A stretch of 64,000 nucleotides of DNA from Terriglobia bacterium (GCA_963695545.1 OY968796.1:576001-640000), one strand, 5' to 3'; counted from the stretch's first letter, positions 28,046 through 38,807 are shown. The notes: generated from the sequence alone by a model not told the origin. Numbers and translations: made by a program.

Positions 28046-31000
28046 ATGAGAAACCTCACACAAATCGGCAGCGAACTGCGTGAGTTGATGGCCCAGCGCA
28101 TCCTGATACTCGATGGCGCCATGGGCACGATGCTGCAGCGCGCGCATCTCACGGCCGCCGATTTCGGCGGGCCAAAACTTGAAGGCTGCTTCGAGCTCTT
28201 GGTCGCGAGCCGGCCCGACGTGATATCCGGAATCCATCGCAAATATCTCGAAGCCGGCGTCGATATCATCGAGACCGATTCGTTCGGCAGCACGTCGATC
28301 GTGCTCGGAGAATATGGCCAGGAGAAACGCGCCTACGAATTGAGCCGCGCTGCGGCGGAGCTCGCGCGCCGCGCAGCCGACGAATTCTCTTCCCCCGCCA
28401 AGCCGCGTTTCGTTGCCGGCGCGATGGGCCCCACCACCAAAGCCATCAGCGTCACCGGCGGCGTCACCTTCGACGAATTGCGCGACGCATATCACGAACA
28501 GGCGCGCGGCCTGATCGATGGCGGCGCGGATCTGCTGCTGCTCGAAACCTGCCAGGACACGCGCAACATCAAGGCCGGCGCTCTGGCGATCGATCGCCTC
28601 GCGCGCGAAGTCGGCCACGTGATTCCGCTGATCATCTCGGCGACGATCGAGCCCATGGGCACCATGCTCGCCGGGCAAGATGTCGAGGCGCTTTGGGCCT
28701 CGCTCGAACATTTGCGTCTGCTGGCCGTGGGCCTGAATTGCGGCACTGGTCCCGAATTTATGACCGATCACCTGCGCACGCTCGCCGGCCTCGCCACCTG
28801 CGGCGTGTCCTGCTATCCGAATGCGGGCCTGCCGAATGAGGACGGTCTGTACCTCGAGACGCCCACCACGCTCGCCGCGCAGCTCGAAAAATTTGTGCGC
28901 CACGGCTGGCTCAATTTGGTTGGCGGCTGTTGCGGCACAACCGAAGAGCATATGCGCGCGATTGCGCAGATGGCTGCGGGCCAAGCGCCGCGCCGCCTCG
29001 TCGAGTCAGCACATCGCGCCGTATATTCCGGCATCGAATCGATCGAAGCCGAGCCCAGCACGCGCCCCTTGCTCGTCGGCGAGCGCACCAACGTGATCGG
29101 CTCGCGACTGTTCAAGGGACTGGTCGCCACTGAACAATGGGACGAAGCCAGCGAAATTGCGCGGCGCCAGGTGAAAAGCGGGGCGCACATCGTGGACGTC
29201 TGCCTGCAAAGCACCGAGCGCGAAGAGCTCAACGATATCGCGCCGTTCTACGACAAGCTCATCCGCAAAGTGAAAGTGCCGCTGATGATCGATACCACCG
29301 ATGCCAAGGCCATCGAAACGGCGCTGAAGTATTGCCAGGGCAAAAGCCTGATCAATTCGATCAACCTTGAAGATGGCGAGGAGAAATTCCAGCGCGTCGT
29401 GCCGCTCGCGCGATCCTACGGCGCAGCTGTGGTGGTCGGCTGCATCGATGAAGATCCCAAGCAGGCGCAGGCGTTCACGCGCGAGCGCAAATTGGCCGTC
29501 GCCGATCGCTCTTACAAGCTGCTCACGGAGAACTATCAGCTTCCGCCCGAAGATATCATTTTCGATCCGCTGGTTTTTCCGTGCGCCACGGGAGATGAAA
29601 ACTACATCGGCGGCGCTGTCGAAACCATGGAAGGCATTCGCCTGATCAAAGCGAATATTCCGTTCGCACGCACGATTCTGGGCATCTCGAATGTTTCGTT
29701 CGGTCTGCCGGCGGGCGCGCGCGAAATCGTCAATTCGGTTTTCCTGTACCACTGCACCAAAGCCGGCCTCGATCTCGCCATCGTGAATGCCGAGCGCATC
29801 GAGCGCTTCGCTTCGATCCCGGACGCGGAACGCAAGCTGGCGGAAGATCTTTTGTTCAACCCTCCGCCGACGGCTTTTCCCGCGGATCATCCGCAAGCCA
29901 CGCTGTTCCGCGAAGCGCCGGCGGATTGGCGCGAACAAACTCGCGAGCAGAAAATCGCCGTGAATCAATTTCACATCGCGGCCATCGCCGACCATTTCCG
30001 CTCCGCGAAGCGCCGCGAACGCGATGCCGGCGAACAAATTTCGCTCGACGCGCGCCTGGCTCGCTACATCGTCGAAGGCAGCCGCGACGGTTTGGTGGCC
30101 GATCTCGAAAACAAACGCGCCGAAGGCGCGAAGCCGCTTGACATCATCAATGGTCCGCTGATGGCGGGCATGGCCGAAGTAGGCCGCTTGTTCAACGCCA
30201 ACGAGCTGATCGTCGCCGAAGTGCTGCAATCCGCCGAAGCCATGAAGGCGGCCGTCGGCCACCTCGAGCAATTCATGGAATCGAGCGACATGGAAAAGCG
30301 CGCCCGAATTCTGCTCGCGACCGTGAAGGGCGACGTGCACGACATCGGCAAAAATCTCGTCGAAATCGTGTTGAAAAACAACGGCTACGAGGTCATCAAC
30401 CTCGGCATCAAAGTGCCGCCGGAAGATTTGATCCGCGCGTTTCGCGAGCATCATCCGGACGCCATCGGCCTTTCCGGTTTGCTCGTGAAGAGCGCCGAGC
30501 AAATGGCCATCACCGCGACCGACTTGCGCGACGCCGGCATCGAAGTTCCGCTACTGGTCGGCGGAGCCGCGCTCTCGGATAAATTCACGCGCCTAAAAAT
30601 CGCGCCGCGCTACGGCAACGCCGTGTGCTACGCGAAGGACGCCATGAATGGCTTGGATCTGATGAATCAATTGAGCGACGCCGCGCGGCGCGACGCCGTG
30701 CTTCGCGCGCACGCGCCCGGCACCGAAGTCGCGCCAGAGCCCGAACGCCCGGCTGCGGCGATCGGCCCGTCCGAGGAGCGCTCGACTCGCGTTCGCGTTG
30801 ATCTGCCGATTCCCTCCGTCACGTATCTCGATGCCAAAATTCGCGCCGTGCCCGAACTCAAAGAACTCTGGAGCTACGTCAATCCCTACATGCTCTACGG
30901 CCGGCATCTCGGCTTCAAAGGGCAATTCGAGAAGGCGCTCGCCGAGCGCGATCCGCAAGCGCGCGAACTTTACGAAAACGTAGAAGAGGTGAAGCTCGCG

Positions 31001-31612
31001 GCGGAGAAATTCCTGAAAGTCCGCGCCGTATGGCAATTCTTCGAGGCCGAGCGCGATGGCAACGCGATTCATTTGTTCGCCGCGGGGTCGGACACACCGC
31101 TGCACACCTTCCATTTCCCGCGTCAGCGCGTGCCCGATGGCCTCTGCCTGAGCGACTACATTTTGCCGCGCGCGGCCGCCGCGCGCGATCACCTGGCGCT
31201 TTTCGTCGTCACCGCCGGCGAAGGCATTCGCGATCGCGCCGAAGAAAGCAAGCGCGAAGGCCGCTATTTTTATTCGCACGCGCTGCAAGCGCTCGCCATC
31301 GAATCGGCGGAAGCCTGCGCCGAATGGCTGCATCGCCGCATCCGCGAAGATTGGGGTTTCCCCGATCCGCCCGCGATGACCATGCCCGAACGCTTCACCG
31401 CGAAGTATCGCGGCAAGCGCTACAGTTTCGGTTATCCCGCGTGCCCGAATTTGGACGATCAAGCCGGCATCTGGCAACTGCTCTTGCCGGAGCGCATCGG
31501 CGTGCGCCTCACCGAAGGCTTCATGATGGACCCCGAGGCGAGCGTCAGCGCGCTCGTCTTTCAGCACCCGGATTGCACATATTTTTCGGCCGTCGATCCA
31601 GCTCAAAGCTGA
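28046..31612 (+). CDS. metH: Cobalamin-dependent methionine synthase
   Basis: DGAMGTML, GLNC, GGCCG, GERTN, DVHDIGKN, RYSFGYPACP. Confidence 0.97.
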   Translation: MRNLTQIGSELRELMAQRILILDGAMGTMLQRAHLTAADFGGPKLEGCFELLVASRPDVISGIHRKYLEAGVDIIETDSFGSTSIVLGEYGQEKRAYELSRAAAELARRAADEFSSPAKPRFVAGAMGPTTKAISVTGGVTFDELRDAYHEQARGLIDGGADLLLLETCQDTRNIKAGALAIDRLAREVGHVIPLIISATIEPMGTMLAGQDVEALWASLEHLRLLAVGLNCGTGPEFMTDHLRTLAGLATCGVSCYPNAGLPNEDGLYLETPTTLAAQLEKFVRHGWLNLVGGCCGTTEEHMRAIAQMAAGQAPRRLVESAHRAVYSGIESIEAEPSTRPLLVGERTNVIGSRLFKGLVATEQWDEASEIARRQVKSGAHIVDVCLQSTEREELNDIAPFYDKLIRKVKVPLMIDTTDAKAIETALKYCQGKSLINSINLEDGEEKFQRVVPLARSYGAAVVVGCIDEDPKQAQAFTRERKLAVADRSYKLLTENYQLPPEDIIFDPLVFPCATGDENYIGGAVETMEGIRLIKANIPFARTILGISNVSFGLPAGAREIVNSVFLYHCTKAGLDLAIVNAERIERFASIPDAERKLAEDLLFNPPPTAFPADHPQATLFREAPADWREQTREQKIAVNQFHIAAIADHFRSAKRRERDAGEQISLDARLARYIVEGSRDGLVADLENKRAEGAKPLDIINGPLMAGMAEVGRLFNANELIVAEVLQSAEAMKAAVGHLEQFMESSDMEKRARILLATVKGDVHDIGKNLVEIVLKNNGYEVINLGIKVPPEDLIRAFREHHPDAIGLSGLLVKSAEQMAITATDLRDAGIEVPLLVGGAALSDKFTRLKIAPRYGNAVCYAKDAMNGLDLMNQLSDAARRDAVLRAHAPGTEVAPEPERPAAAIGPSEERSTRVRVDLPIPSVTYLDAKIRAVPELKELWSYVNPYMLYGRHLGFKGQFEKALAERDPQARELYENVEEVKLAAEKFLKVRAVWQFFEAERDGNAIHLFAAGSDTPLHTFHFPRQRVPDGLCLSDYILPRAAAARDHLALFVVTAGEGIRDRAEESKREGRYFYSHALQALAIESAEACAEWLHRRIREDWGFPDPPAMTMPERFTAKYRGKRYSFGYPACPNLDDQAGIWQLLLPERIGVRLTEGFMMDPEASVSALVFQHPDCTYFSAVDPAQS

Positions 31613-31649
31613 TCGCGCCGCCGCGGCCTCGCAACTTCTTCGCTTCGAT

Positions 31650-33557
31650 TCACTGACCGCCAGGCTGCGTGCCCGCCGCTGCTGCGAGCTGTTGCTCAGC
31701 GTAAGCCACTTCCGCCTGCACCGCGGGATCGCCGGGCGCCGGCTGAACTTTCAGCTCGTGCTGAAAGCACGCGAGAGCGTTGTCCCAATCGAGCACCGTG
31801 GCATACGCGCGCCCCAGTTCATCCCATTCGGCAACCGATTTCGGATCGCGCTCCGCCTGCGCGCGCAGCGCCGGAATTGCCGCTTCAACTTTTTCTGCGC
31901 GAACCAAATTGTCGACGAAGTGCTGATAGTAGCCCGCGTCCTGCGGATCCAATTGTTCCGCGCGGCGATAGCACTCTTCCGCATCAGCCCATCGCCGCTG
32001 CGCAACGTAAGCTTTGGCAAGGCTCCGCAGTGTGAGCAAGTCGTCCGGCTGCAACGCCAGTGCAATCTTGAGGTGCTCGATCGCCTCCGCGCTGCGATTC
32101 GATTCAACCAGCGCATTCCCCAGATTGAATTGCGCGGCCTCGTAGCTCGGGTCGATCGCAACTGCCGCAAGATCGTGCTCGATGGATGCAGGAAGGTCAC
32201 CGGCCTGCTGATACGCCAGCGCCAAGCCCGCTTGCAACCGCGCTGAATTCGGCGAAGCTAACACGGTAGCCTGATACAAACGCAAATCGTCGTGGAACAT
32301 TGGGATGCGCCGCTCAATCTTCACGATGCAAAAAGCCAGCACGACCCCGAGGGCGCCCCACGCAACGCCGCGCGCCGGCTCAGTTCGCGCTCTCCGCAGC
32401 AACCGCATCCAAAGCCACGCCGCGCAAATCGCAAATCCAAGCGACGGAATATAAAGATAGCGCTCGGTAAAATAATTCTCGCCGACCGCGTTGATATCGA
32501 GAGCCGGCGCGAGAATGAGCAGAAACCACGCCACCGCGAACGCCAGCAGCGGCTGTCTTGCGCGCAAAAGAAACGGCAGCGCCACGAGCAACGCGAACAG
32601 CAGCAGCGCCGCTACCGACGTGCGATTGAGCACAACCGTCGGCGGCGCGAAATAGAAAAAGTTGAAGCGCAAAGGCAGAAGCAGCTTGCCCACGTAGTGC
32701 GCCAGCACGACGGGAACCGCGAAGGCAAGTTGCGCGGGCCGAAGGTGTAGATACGGCGCCGAACTCGGCGTAAATGCCCCCAGCGCACGCCAGCGCAACG
32801 CGAAGTAAATCGCCAGCGCCGCGGCAAATGGCGCAATGCCCGGCCAAGCTTTCCAAAGTTGCAGCAGCGGCCGGCGCCGGTAGAAAAACTCATAAGACAA
32901 AAGCACCAGCGGAAATAGCAGCGCCGTTTCTTTCGTCAAAAGTGCGGCGAGAAATGCGATCGCAGAGAGAGCAATCAGCCACCACGCGCGCCCGCCGCCG
33001 GCAGAGCGGGCCTTGTGATACGCCAGCATCGCGAGAAACAACAGCAGCCCGCAGATCAAATCAGGCAACGCCGCTACCCAAACGACCGCCTCCACATGCA
33101 TGGGATGAAGCGCGAACAAAAGGCATGCCCAAAACGCCAGATCCCAATCCGCCAGGCTCAGCAGCAGAAAATACGCCGCGACAATCGCGCCGGCGTTGAC
33201 GCAAACATTCACCAAATGCCAGGCCCACGCGCGATCGCCATAGATCGCGTATTCCGACGCGTAGACCATTAGTTGCAGTGGCCGGTAGTAATTGCTTAGA
33301 TGACTGCCGGCGAATCCCCAGGCATCCGTCGTGAAATATTCCGGCAGAGAATGCGAATCCGTCACAAAGTTATTGCGAAGAATTTGCAGATCGTCGTCCG
33401 CCACGAATCCATTGCGCAGAGCATTCGCGTACACCGCGAGCGACACGCCGAGAAGTACCAGCACCGGCCACCATCGAACGGGGGATGCAGCCGCCACCGG
33501 CCCCGCCGCGGCCACAGCGGGTTTATTTTTGGCGCGGGAATTTTGTCGACGCGACAT
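31650..33557 (-). CDS. Multi-TM GT-C-like protein with C-terminal TPR repeats (TMTC-like)
   Basis: GFVADD, YYRPL, FALHPMHVEAV, KE, ERYLYIPS, then TPR-like helices. Confidence 0.82.
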   Translation of the reverse strand: MSRRQNSRAKNKPAVAAAGPVAAASPVRWWPVLVLLGVSLAVYANALRNGFVADDDLQILRNNFVTDSHSLPEYFTTDAWGFAGSHLSNYYRPLQLMVYASEYAIYGDRAWAWHLVNVCVNAGAIVAAYFLLLSLADWDLAFWACLLFALHPMHVEAVVWVAALPDLICGLLLFLAMLAYHKARSAGGGRAWWLIALSAIAFLAALLTKETALLFPLVLLSYEFFYRRRPLLQLWKAWPGIAPFAAALAIYFALRWRALGAFTPSSAPYLHLRPAQLAFAVPVVLAHYVGKLLLPLRFNFFYFAPPTVVLNRTSVAALLLFALLVALPFLLRARQPLLAFAVAWFLLILAPALDINAVGENYFTERYLYIPSLGFAICAAWLWMRLLRRARTEPARGVAWGALGVVLAFCIVKIERRIPMFHDDLRLYQATVLASPNSARLQAGLALAYQQAGDLPASIEHDLAAVAIDPSYEAAQFNLGNALVESNRSAEAIEHLKIALALQPDDLLTLRSLAKAYVAQRRWADAEECYRRAEQLDPQDAGYYQHFVDNLVRAEKVEAAIPALRAQAERDPKSVAEWDELGRAYATVLDWDNALACFQHELKVQPAPGDPAVQAEVAYAEQQLAAAAGTQPGGQ

Positions 33558-33689
33558 CGGCGCTCATTCTAGCGAGAAAAATCAACGCGGGCGAACCTTG
33601 GAATCGAAACTCGAGCCACGCGCCCCTCGCGCGTAACGCCGCGCCGCAGCTTGACGCGCTCAACCCTTTCGCTTAGAACTGATTCGAGC

Positions 33690-34541
33690 ATGCAACGCAT
33701 CCTTTCGACCTACCTCTTCGTCCGGCGCAAGCTCGGTCCGCCAATCATCGAAGCTGCGGCGCAGTCGGGCTTCACGGCGATCGAGCTATTCTGCTCGCGC
33801 TGGCATTTCGATTATCAATCGCCGACCGAAGCGCGCGCTCTCGGCGCGTGGCTCGACGCGCACGGACTCTCGCTGCACGCAGTCCACGCGCCCACGCAAC
33901 GCGATCAAGGCCCATCGCGCGAAAGCGGCTCGCCGATTGCGATCTCCGATCCCGAACGTGTGCGCCGGCTTGAAGCCGTGGACGAAATCAAGCGCGCGCT
34001 CGATCTCGCCGAATGCGTGCCCTTCAGGCTCCTCGTTTTGCACGTCGCCGGCTCGCGCGATCCCGACGAGCCGCGCCGCTGGGACGCCGCATTCAATTCC
34101 ATCGAGCATCTCGCGCTTTTCGCCAAACAGCGCGGCGTCGCGGTCGCGCTCGAAAACACGCCCGGCGAAATGCCCACGCCCGCGAATCTCCGCCGCTTTC
34201 TCGACCAAACGCGCCTCACCGACGTGCGTTTCTGTTTCGACGTCGGCCACGCGCACATGGGCGGCGGCATCGCCGTCGCGCTCGAGTCCATGCGCGATCG
34301 AATTGTCACCGCGCACATCCACGATAATCACGGCGAAAAGGACGAGCACCGTCTGCCCTTCGACGGCACCGTCGATTGGCCCGCCACGCTCGCCGCGCTG
34401 CCGCCGGAGACGCCGCTCGTTCTCGAATTGCGCGCGCCCGAAGTTCCGCTCGGCGCCGATCCGCCCGAGCCCGCCGCGCAGCTCGATGCCGCGCGCGCCG
34501 CGCTCGACCGCGTCGCGCAGGCACAGCCCGCGCGCGCCTGA
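33690..34541 (+). CDS. Sugar phosphate isomerase/epimerase (xylose-isomerase-like TIM barrel)
   Basis: [24 protein letters not shown] metal-ligand motifs. Confidence 0.85.
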   Translation: MQRILSTYLFVRRKLGPPIIEAAAQSGFTAIELFCSRWHFDYQSPTEARALGAWLDAHGLSLHAVHAPTQRDQGPSRESGSPIAISDPERVRRLEAVDEIKRALDLAECVPFRLLVLHVAGSRDPDEPRRWDAAFNSIEHLALFAKQRGVAVALENTPGEMPTPANLRRFLDQTRLTDVRFCFDVGHAHMGGGIAVALESMRDRIVTAHIHDNHGEKDEHRLPFDGTVDWPATLAALPPETPLVLELRAPEVPLGADPPEPAAQLDAARAALDRVAQAQPARA

Positions 34542-34554
34542 GGCAATCCCGATC

Positions 34555-35856
34555 ATGCCCATCGTGACCATCGAAGACGCCGGCCGCCACGCAGGAGAAG
34601 AAATCACGCTGCGCGGCTGGCTTTACAACATGCGCGAATCCGGCAAATTGCTCTTCCCGATTTTTCGCGACGGCACCGGACTCATGCAAGGCGTCGTCTC
34701 GCAGAAAGAGCAGCCCGATGCGTTTGAAGCGCTGCGCGGCCTGCCGCAGGAATCGAGCCTGATCGCCACCGGCATCGTGCGCCCCGAAGCGCGTGCCCCC
34801 GGCGGCTACGAACTCGGCGTCACGCAAATCGAAATCGTCAGCCGCGTGCCCGATGGCGAGCCTTATCCAATTCAATTGAAAGAGCACGGCGTAGATTTTC
34901 TTCTCGACCGCCGCCACCTGTGGATTCGCACTCCGCGCCAAGCCGCCATTCTGCGCATCCGCGCCGAAGCCATCCGCGCCGCGCGCGATTACATGGACAA
35001 TCAGGGCTACACGCTCACCGACGCCCCGATTTTCACTCCGGCCGCGTGCGAAGGCACCACCACGCTCTTCGAGGTCGATTATCTCGACGACGAAAAGGCC
35101 TACCTCACGCAGTCCGGCCAACTCTACGTGGAAGCCTTGGCTATGGCGCTCGGCAAGGTCTATTGTTTCGGCCCCACGTTTCGCGCCGAAAAATCCAAAA
35201 CGCGCCGCCATCTCACCGAATTCTGGATGCTCGAGCCCGAAGCCGCTTACGCCCATCTTGAAGACATGATGACGCTCGGCGAAGGTTTGGTCAGCCACAT
35301 GGTGCAATCCGTCGTCGAGCGTCGCGCGCGCGAACTCGAAGTTCTCAAGCGCGACGTCGCCAAGCTCGCCGCCGTCCGCGCCCCCTTCCCGCGCATCAGC
35401 TACGACGAAGCCGTCGCCATCCTGCAAAAAAATGGCAAGCCGACAAAGTGGGGCGACGATTTCGGCGGCGATGAAGAAACCGTGCTCTCCTCAAGCTACG
35501 ATCGCCCCGTGATGATTCATCGCTATCCCGCCGCGATTAAAGCTTTCTACATGCAGCCCGACGCCGCGCGCCCCGAACTCGCTCTCGGCTTCGATATGCT
35601 CGCTCCCGAAGGCTACGGCGAAATTATCGGCGGCGGCGAACGCATCGCCGATTACGATCTTCTGCTTCGACGCCTGCGCGAAAGCAATCTCCCCGAAGAA
35701 GCTTTCGGCTGGTACATCGACTTGCGCCGCTATGGCGGCGTTCCCCACACCGGCTTCGGCCTCGGCCTCGAACGCACCGTTGCGTGGATATGCGGTACCG
35801 AGCACATCCGCGAAGTGATCCCCTTCCCTCGCATGATTTATCGCGTTTATCCTTAG
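34555..35856 (+). CDS. asnS: Asparagine--tRNA ligase
   Basis: [48 protein letters not shown]. Confidence 0.96.
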   Translation: MPIVTIEDAGRHAGEEITLRGWLYNMRESGKLLFPIFRDGTGLMQGVVSQKEQPDAFEALRGLPQESSLIATGIVRPEARAPGGYELGVTQIEIVSRVPDGEPYPIQLKEHGVDFLLDRRHLWIRTPRQAAILRIRAEAIRAARDYMDNQGYTLTDAPIFTPAACEGTTTLFEVDYLDDEKAYLTQSGQLYVEALAMALGKVYCFGPTFRAEKSKTRRHLTEFWMLEPEAAYAHLEDMMTLGEGLVSHMVQSVVERRARELEVLKRDVAKLAAVRAPFPRISYDEAVAILQKNGKPTKWGDDFGGDEETVLSSSYDRPVMIHRYPAAIKAFYMQPDAARPELALGFDMLAPEGYGEIIGGGERIADYDLLLRRLRESNLPEEAFGWYIDLRRYGGVPHTGFGLGLERTVAWICGTEHIREVIPFPRMIYRVYP

Positions 35857-35884
35857 CAGGCCACACCGCGGACCGATTCGCACC

Positions 35885-36799
35885 ATGCCACAAAAAATTC
35901 GCATCATCGGCGTACCAATGGACCTCGGCCAAAGCCGCCGCGGCGTGGATATGGGCCCCTCCGCCGTGCGCGTAGCCGGCCTCCTAAGCCGCCTCAAGCA
36001 ACTCGGCCACCAAGTCGACGACATCGGCAACGTCGCCGTGAAGCAGCCCGAAGAACAACACTTCGGCGAAAAGCACGCCAAGTATCTGCGCGAAATCGCC
36101 GAAACCTGCCGCGGCCTCGCCGAAATCACCGAGCATTCTCTCGAAGAGGGTTTTCTCCCCGTCGTCCTCGGCGGAGATCATTCGCTCGCCGCAGGCTCGG
36201 GCTCCGGCGTCGCGAGCTTTTTCCGCAAGCAGGGCAAACGCGTCGGTTACATCTGGCTTGACGCCCACGGAGATATGAACACGCCTGACGGCTCGCCCTC
36301 AGGCAACGTGCACGGCATGCCGCTCGCCGCGCTGATGGGCCACGGCCCCGCGGACCTCGTCGATCTCTGCGGATTTCATCCCAAGATCGAGCCGCGCAAC
36401 GTCGTGCTCGTCGGCGTGCGCGAACTCGACGCCAAAGAGCGCCGCCTGATCAAGGATTCCGGCGTGCACGCCTTCACCATGCGCGATATCGATGAACGCG
36501 GCATGCGCGAAGTGATGAGCGACGCCATTCGCATTTCGACCGACGACGATGCCGCCGGCGCCGTCGTCAGCCTCGATCTCGATTTCGTCGATCCGTCCGA
36601 CGCACCCGGCGTAGGCACGCCCGTTCGCGGCGGCGTAACATATCGCGAAGCGCATCTTGCGCTCGAAATGATCGCTGATAGCGAAACCATGGTTTCGCTC
36701 GAAGTCGTCGAAATCAATCCCGTGATCGACGAGCACAACAAGACCGCGCTCTTGGCCGTCGAGCTGATCCTCTCCGGCCTTGGCAAGAAAATTCTGTAG
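35885..36799 (+). CDS. rocF: Arginase
   Basis: DLGQSRRGVDMGP, GGDHS, DAHGD, SGNVHGM, DLD, PGVGTP. Confidence 0.94.
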   Translation: MPQKIRIIGVPMDLGQSRRGVDMGPSAVRVAGLLSRLKQLGHQVDDIGNVAVKQPEEQHFGEKHAKYLREIAETCRGLAEITEHSLEEGFLPVVLGGDHSLAAGSGSGVASFFRKQGKRVGYIWLDAHGDMNTPDGSPSGNVHGMPLAALMGHGPADLVDLCGFHPKIEPRNVVLVGVRELDAKERRLIKDSGVHAFTMRDIDERGMREVMSDAIRISTDDDAAGAVVSLDLDFVDPSDAPGVGTPVRGGVTYREAHLALEMIADSETMVSLEVVEINPVIDEHNKTALLAVELILSGLGKKIL

Positions 36800-37103
36800 C
36801 GCGCCAGACGGCGGTCGGTGAGAACTTATGTTCACGTGGTGGCTGTAGTGGGTCACGTAGCGGAGGCCTTCAGGCCTCCATCTTGGTTTTGCTTTCTGCA
36901 GCGCGCCGCGGCCACGGATCGGTGAGAACGAATGTTCGCGCAAAGGGCTGTTCTGGATTATGTAGCGGAGGCCTTCAGGCCTCCATCTTGGTTTCGCTTT
37001 CTGTAGCGCGCCGCGGCCGCGGACCGGTGGGAACCTATGTTCGCGCGAAGGCTGCGTGGGTTATGTAGCGGAGACCTTCAGGTCTCCATCCTGGTTTTGC
37101 TTT
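36792..37103 (+). repeat. Three tandem units of about 103 bp, each with a GTAG-led REP-like palindrome
   Basis: Units start at 36792, 36894 and 36999; core GTAGCGGAGRCCT-TC-AGGYCTCC. Confidence 0.88.
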
Positions 37104-37147
37104 AAACGCTCATGCCATCATCGAAATTTCGCGCGCCAAACTCATCC

Positions 37148-37232
37148 AGCCCCGTAGGGGCGGCACATTTTAGCCCAGGGCGGAAGCCCTGGGTACGAAT
37201 TGCCAAAAGGCAAAGCCCCGTAGGGGCGACAC
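37148..37232. repeat. Composite REP-like element
   Basis: AGCCCCGTAGGGGCG twice (37148, 37214) flanking hairpin CCCAGGGC-GGAA-GCCCTGGG. Confidence 0.75.
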
Positions 37233-37325
37233 AGTCTTTACGTGAGAACCGTGGTCCCGCGCACCAAGATTATCGACCCATAAGTACGACACATCGCGCT
37301 AGCGGCGAACGGAGAACGAAATTAA

Positions 37326-38474
37326 ATGACCCAAGATAAAAAACGCCTGCGCATCGGCATCCTCTTCGGCGGCCGATCCGGCGAACACGAAGTCTCGCTC
37401 AATTCCGCCGCGTCCGTGATCGCCGCGCTCGATCCCGCGCGCTATGAAGTCGTGCCCATCGGCATCACCAAAGAAGGCCGCTGGCTCGCCGGCTCGTCCG
37501 CGCAGAAACTTCTGCCCGAAGTCCTGCGCACCGGCCAACGAGTCATGCTCGGCGCGGACCCCAATGTCGGCGCGCTCCTCCCGCTCGATAAAAACCAACC
37601 CGGCCTGCACGTCGACGTCGTCTTCCCCGTCCTCCACGGCACCTACGGCGAAGATGGCACCGTGCAGGGCCTGCTCGAACTCGCCGATTTGCCCTACGTT
37701 GGCTCAGGCGTCATCGGCTCGGCCGTCGGCATGGATAAGGACATGCAAAAGCGCCTCTTCCTCCAGGCCAAGCTCCCCGTCGCCGATTTCCTAGCCGTCA
37801 CCCGCGCTCGATGGAAACGCGAACCGCAAAAAATTCGCCGCGAGATCGAAAAGAAATTCCGCTACCCCGTTTTCGTCAAACCCGCCACGCTCGGCAGCTC
37901 CGTCGGAATGACCAAAGCGCACAATCGCGCCGAGCTCGTTCAAGCGCTCAATTTTGCCGCCGAGTTCGCGCAAAAACTGATCGTCGAACGCACCATCCGC
38001 GGCCGCGAAATCGAACTCTCCGTTCTCGGCAACGAGCAAGCCCGCGCCTCCATCCCCGGCGAAATCGTTCCTCACCGTGAATTTTACGATTACGAAGCGA
38101 AGTATCTCGAAGAAGGCACGCGCCTGATCATCCCCGCGAAACTTTCAAAATCCCAAGTGATGCGTTTCCAGGACCTGGCTGTTCGCGCATTTCACGCCGT
38201 CGAAGCCCTGGGTCTCGCCCGCGTCGATTTCTTCCTCGAGCGCGGCACAAACCGCATCTACTTGAACGAAATCAACACCATCCCCGGCTTCACCTCCATC
38301 AGCATGTATCCCAAACTCTGGGAAGCCTCCGGCCTTTCCTACCGCGCCCTGCTCGACGAGCTGATCGAACTCGCTCTCGCGCAGCATCGCGAAAAACAGC
38401 GCACCAAGTACACCATCGAGTTGCCCTCGGATTCCTTGCCGCCCGGTCCGTCCGCCGACGCGCTCAAGAAATGA
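37326..38474 (+). CDS. ddl: D-alanine--D-alanine ligase
   Basis: FGGRSGEHEVS, LHGTYGEDG, GSSVG, YDYEAKY, NEINTIPGFT. Confidence 0.96.
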   Translation: MTQDKKRLRIGILFGGRSGEHEVSLNSAASVIAALDPARYEVVPIGITKEGRWLAGSSAQKLLPEVLRTGQRVMLGADPNVGALLPLDKNQPGLHVDVVFPVLHGTYGEDGTVQGLLELADLPYVGSGVIGSAVGMDKDMQKRLFLQAKLPVADFLAVTRARWKREPQKIRREIEKKFRYPVFVKPATLGSSVGMTKAHNRAELVQALNFAAEFAQKLIVERTIRGREIELSVLGNEQARASIPGEIVPHREFYDYEAKYLEEGTRLIIPAKLSKSQVMRFQDLAVRAFHAVEALGLARVDFFLERGTNRIYLNEINTIPGFTSISMYPKLWEASGLSYRALLDELIELALAQHREKQRTKYTIELPSDSLPPGPSADALKK

Positions 38475-38490
38475 ACCGCAATTGAACACT

Positions 38491-38531
38491 GGGTGCCGCG
38501 CCCTCCGGTTCTGAGCGTGCGGGTTTTGACT
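38491..38531 (+). repeat. GTGCC-led REP-like hairpin with T-tract (copy 1); may terminate ddl
   Basis: GGGTGCCGCGCCCTC-CGGTTCT-GAGCGTGCGGG-TTTTGACT; related copy at 41306. Confidence 0.6.
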
Positions 38532-38547
38532 GTCCTCCGCGTGCGCA

Positions 38548-38626
38548 GCATTCGAATGAATTTCCACAGCCTTTTCGAATAACCACGAAGTACATGTTGA
38601 CATGCATAACATCGACGTGCTATGAT
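38548..38626 (+). repeat. Dispersed element copy 1: conserved ~33-bp motif plus sigma70-type promoter
   Basis: GCATTCGAATGAATTTCCACAGCCTTTTCGAATA, then TTGACA (38597)-N18-TATGAT. Confidence 0.8.
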
Positions 38627-38716
38627 TCGGCGTGCTTCGCGAATCCCTACCTTCGCCGCCCGAGAAACTTCTCGCCTTCTCCCGCGCATTCTCACTTTTC
38701 ACCCGTAACCCTTCCG

Positions 38717-38807
38717 GAATCAACACTTCTGAAAAACGCCATTTTAAATCCACTAGAATCAACACTTCTGGCGCAAAGGACTTAAAGTCGAGCAGAATCA
38801 ACACTTC
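38717..38807 (+). repeat. GAATCAACACTTC three times at a 39-bp period
   Basis: Exact 13-mer at 38717, 38756 and 38795. Confidence 0.85.

Noticed and set aside
33937..34554. Apparent long N-terminal fusion on AsnRS
   Set aside because: Low-complexity alternative frame of the upstream isomerase gene; AsnRS begins at ATG 34555
36792..37103. CRISPR array or Gram-positive-type LexA boxes (GAAC-N4-GTTC)
   Set aside because: Whole units are homologous, with no unique spacers and no cas genes; the boxes are internal to the repeat and not at an SOS gene promoter
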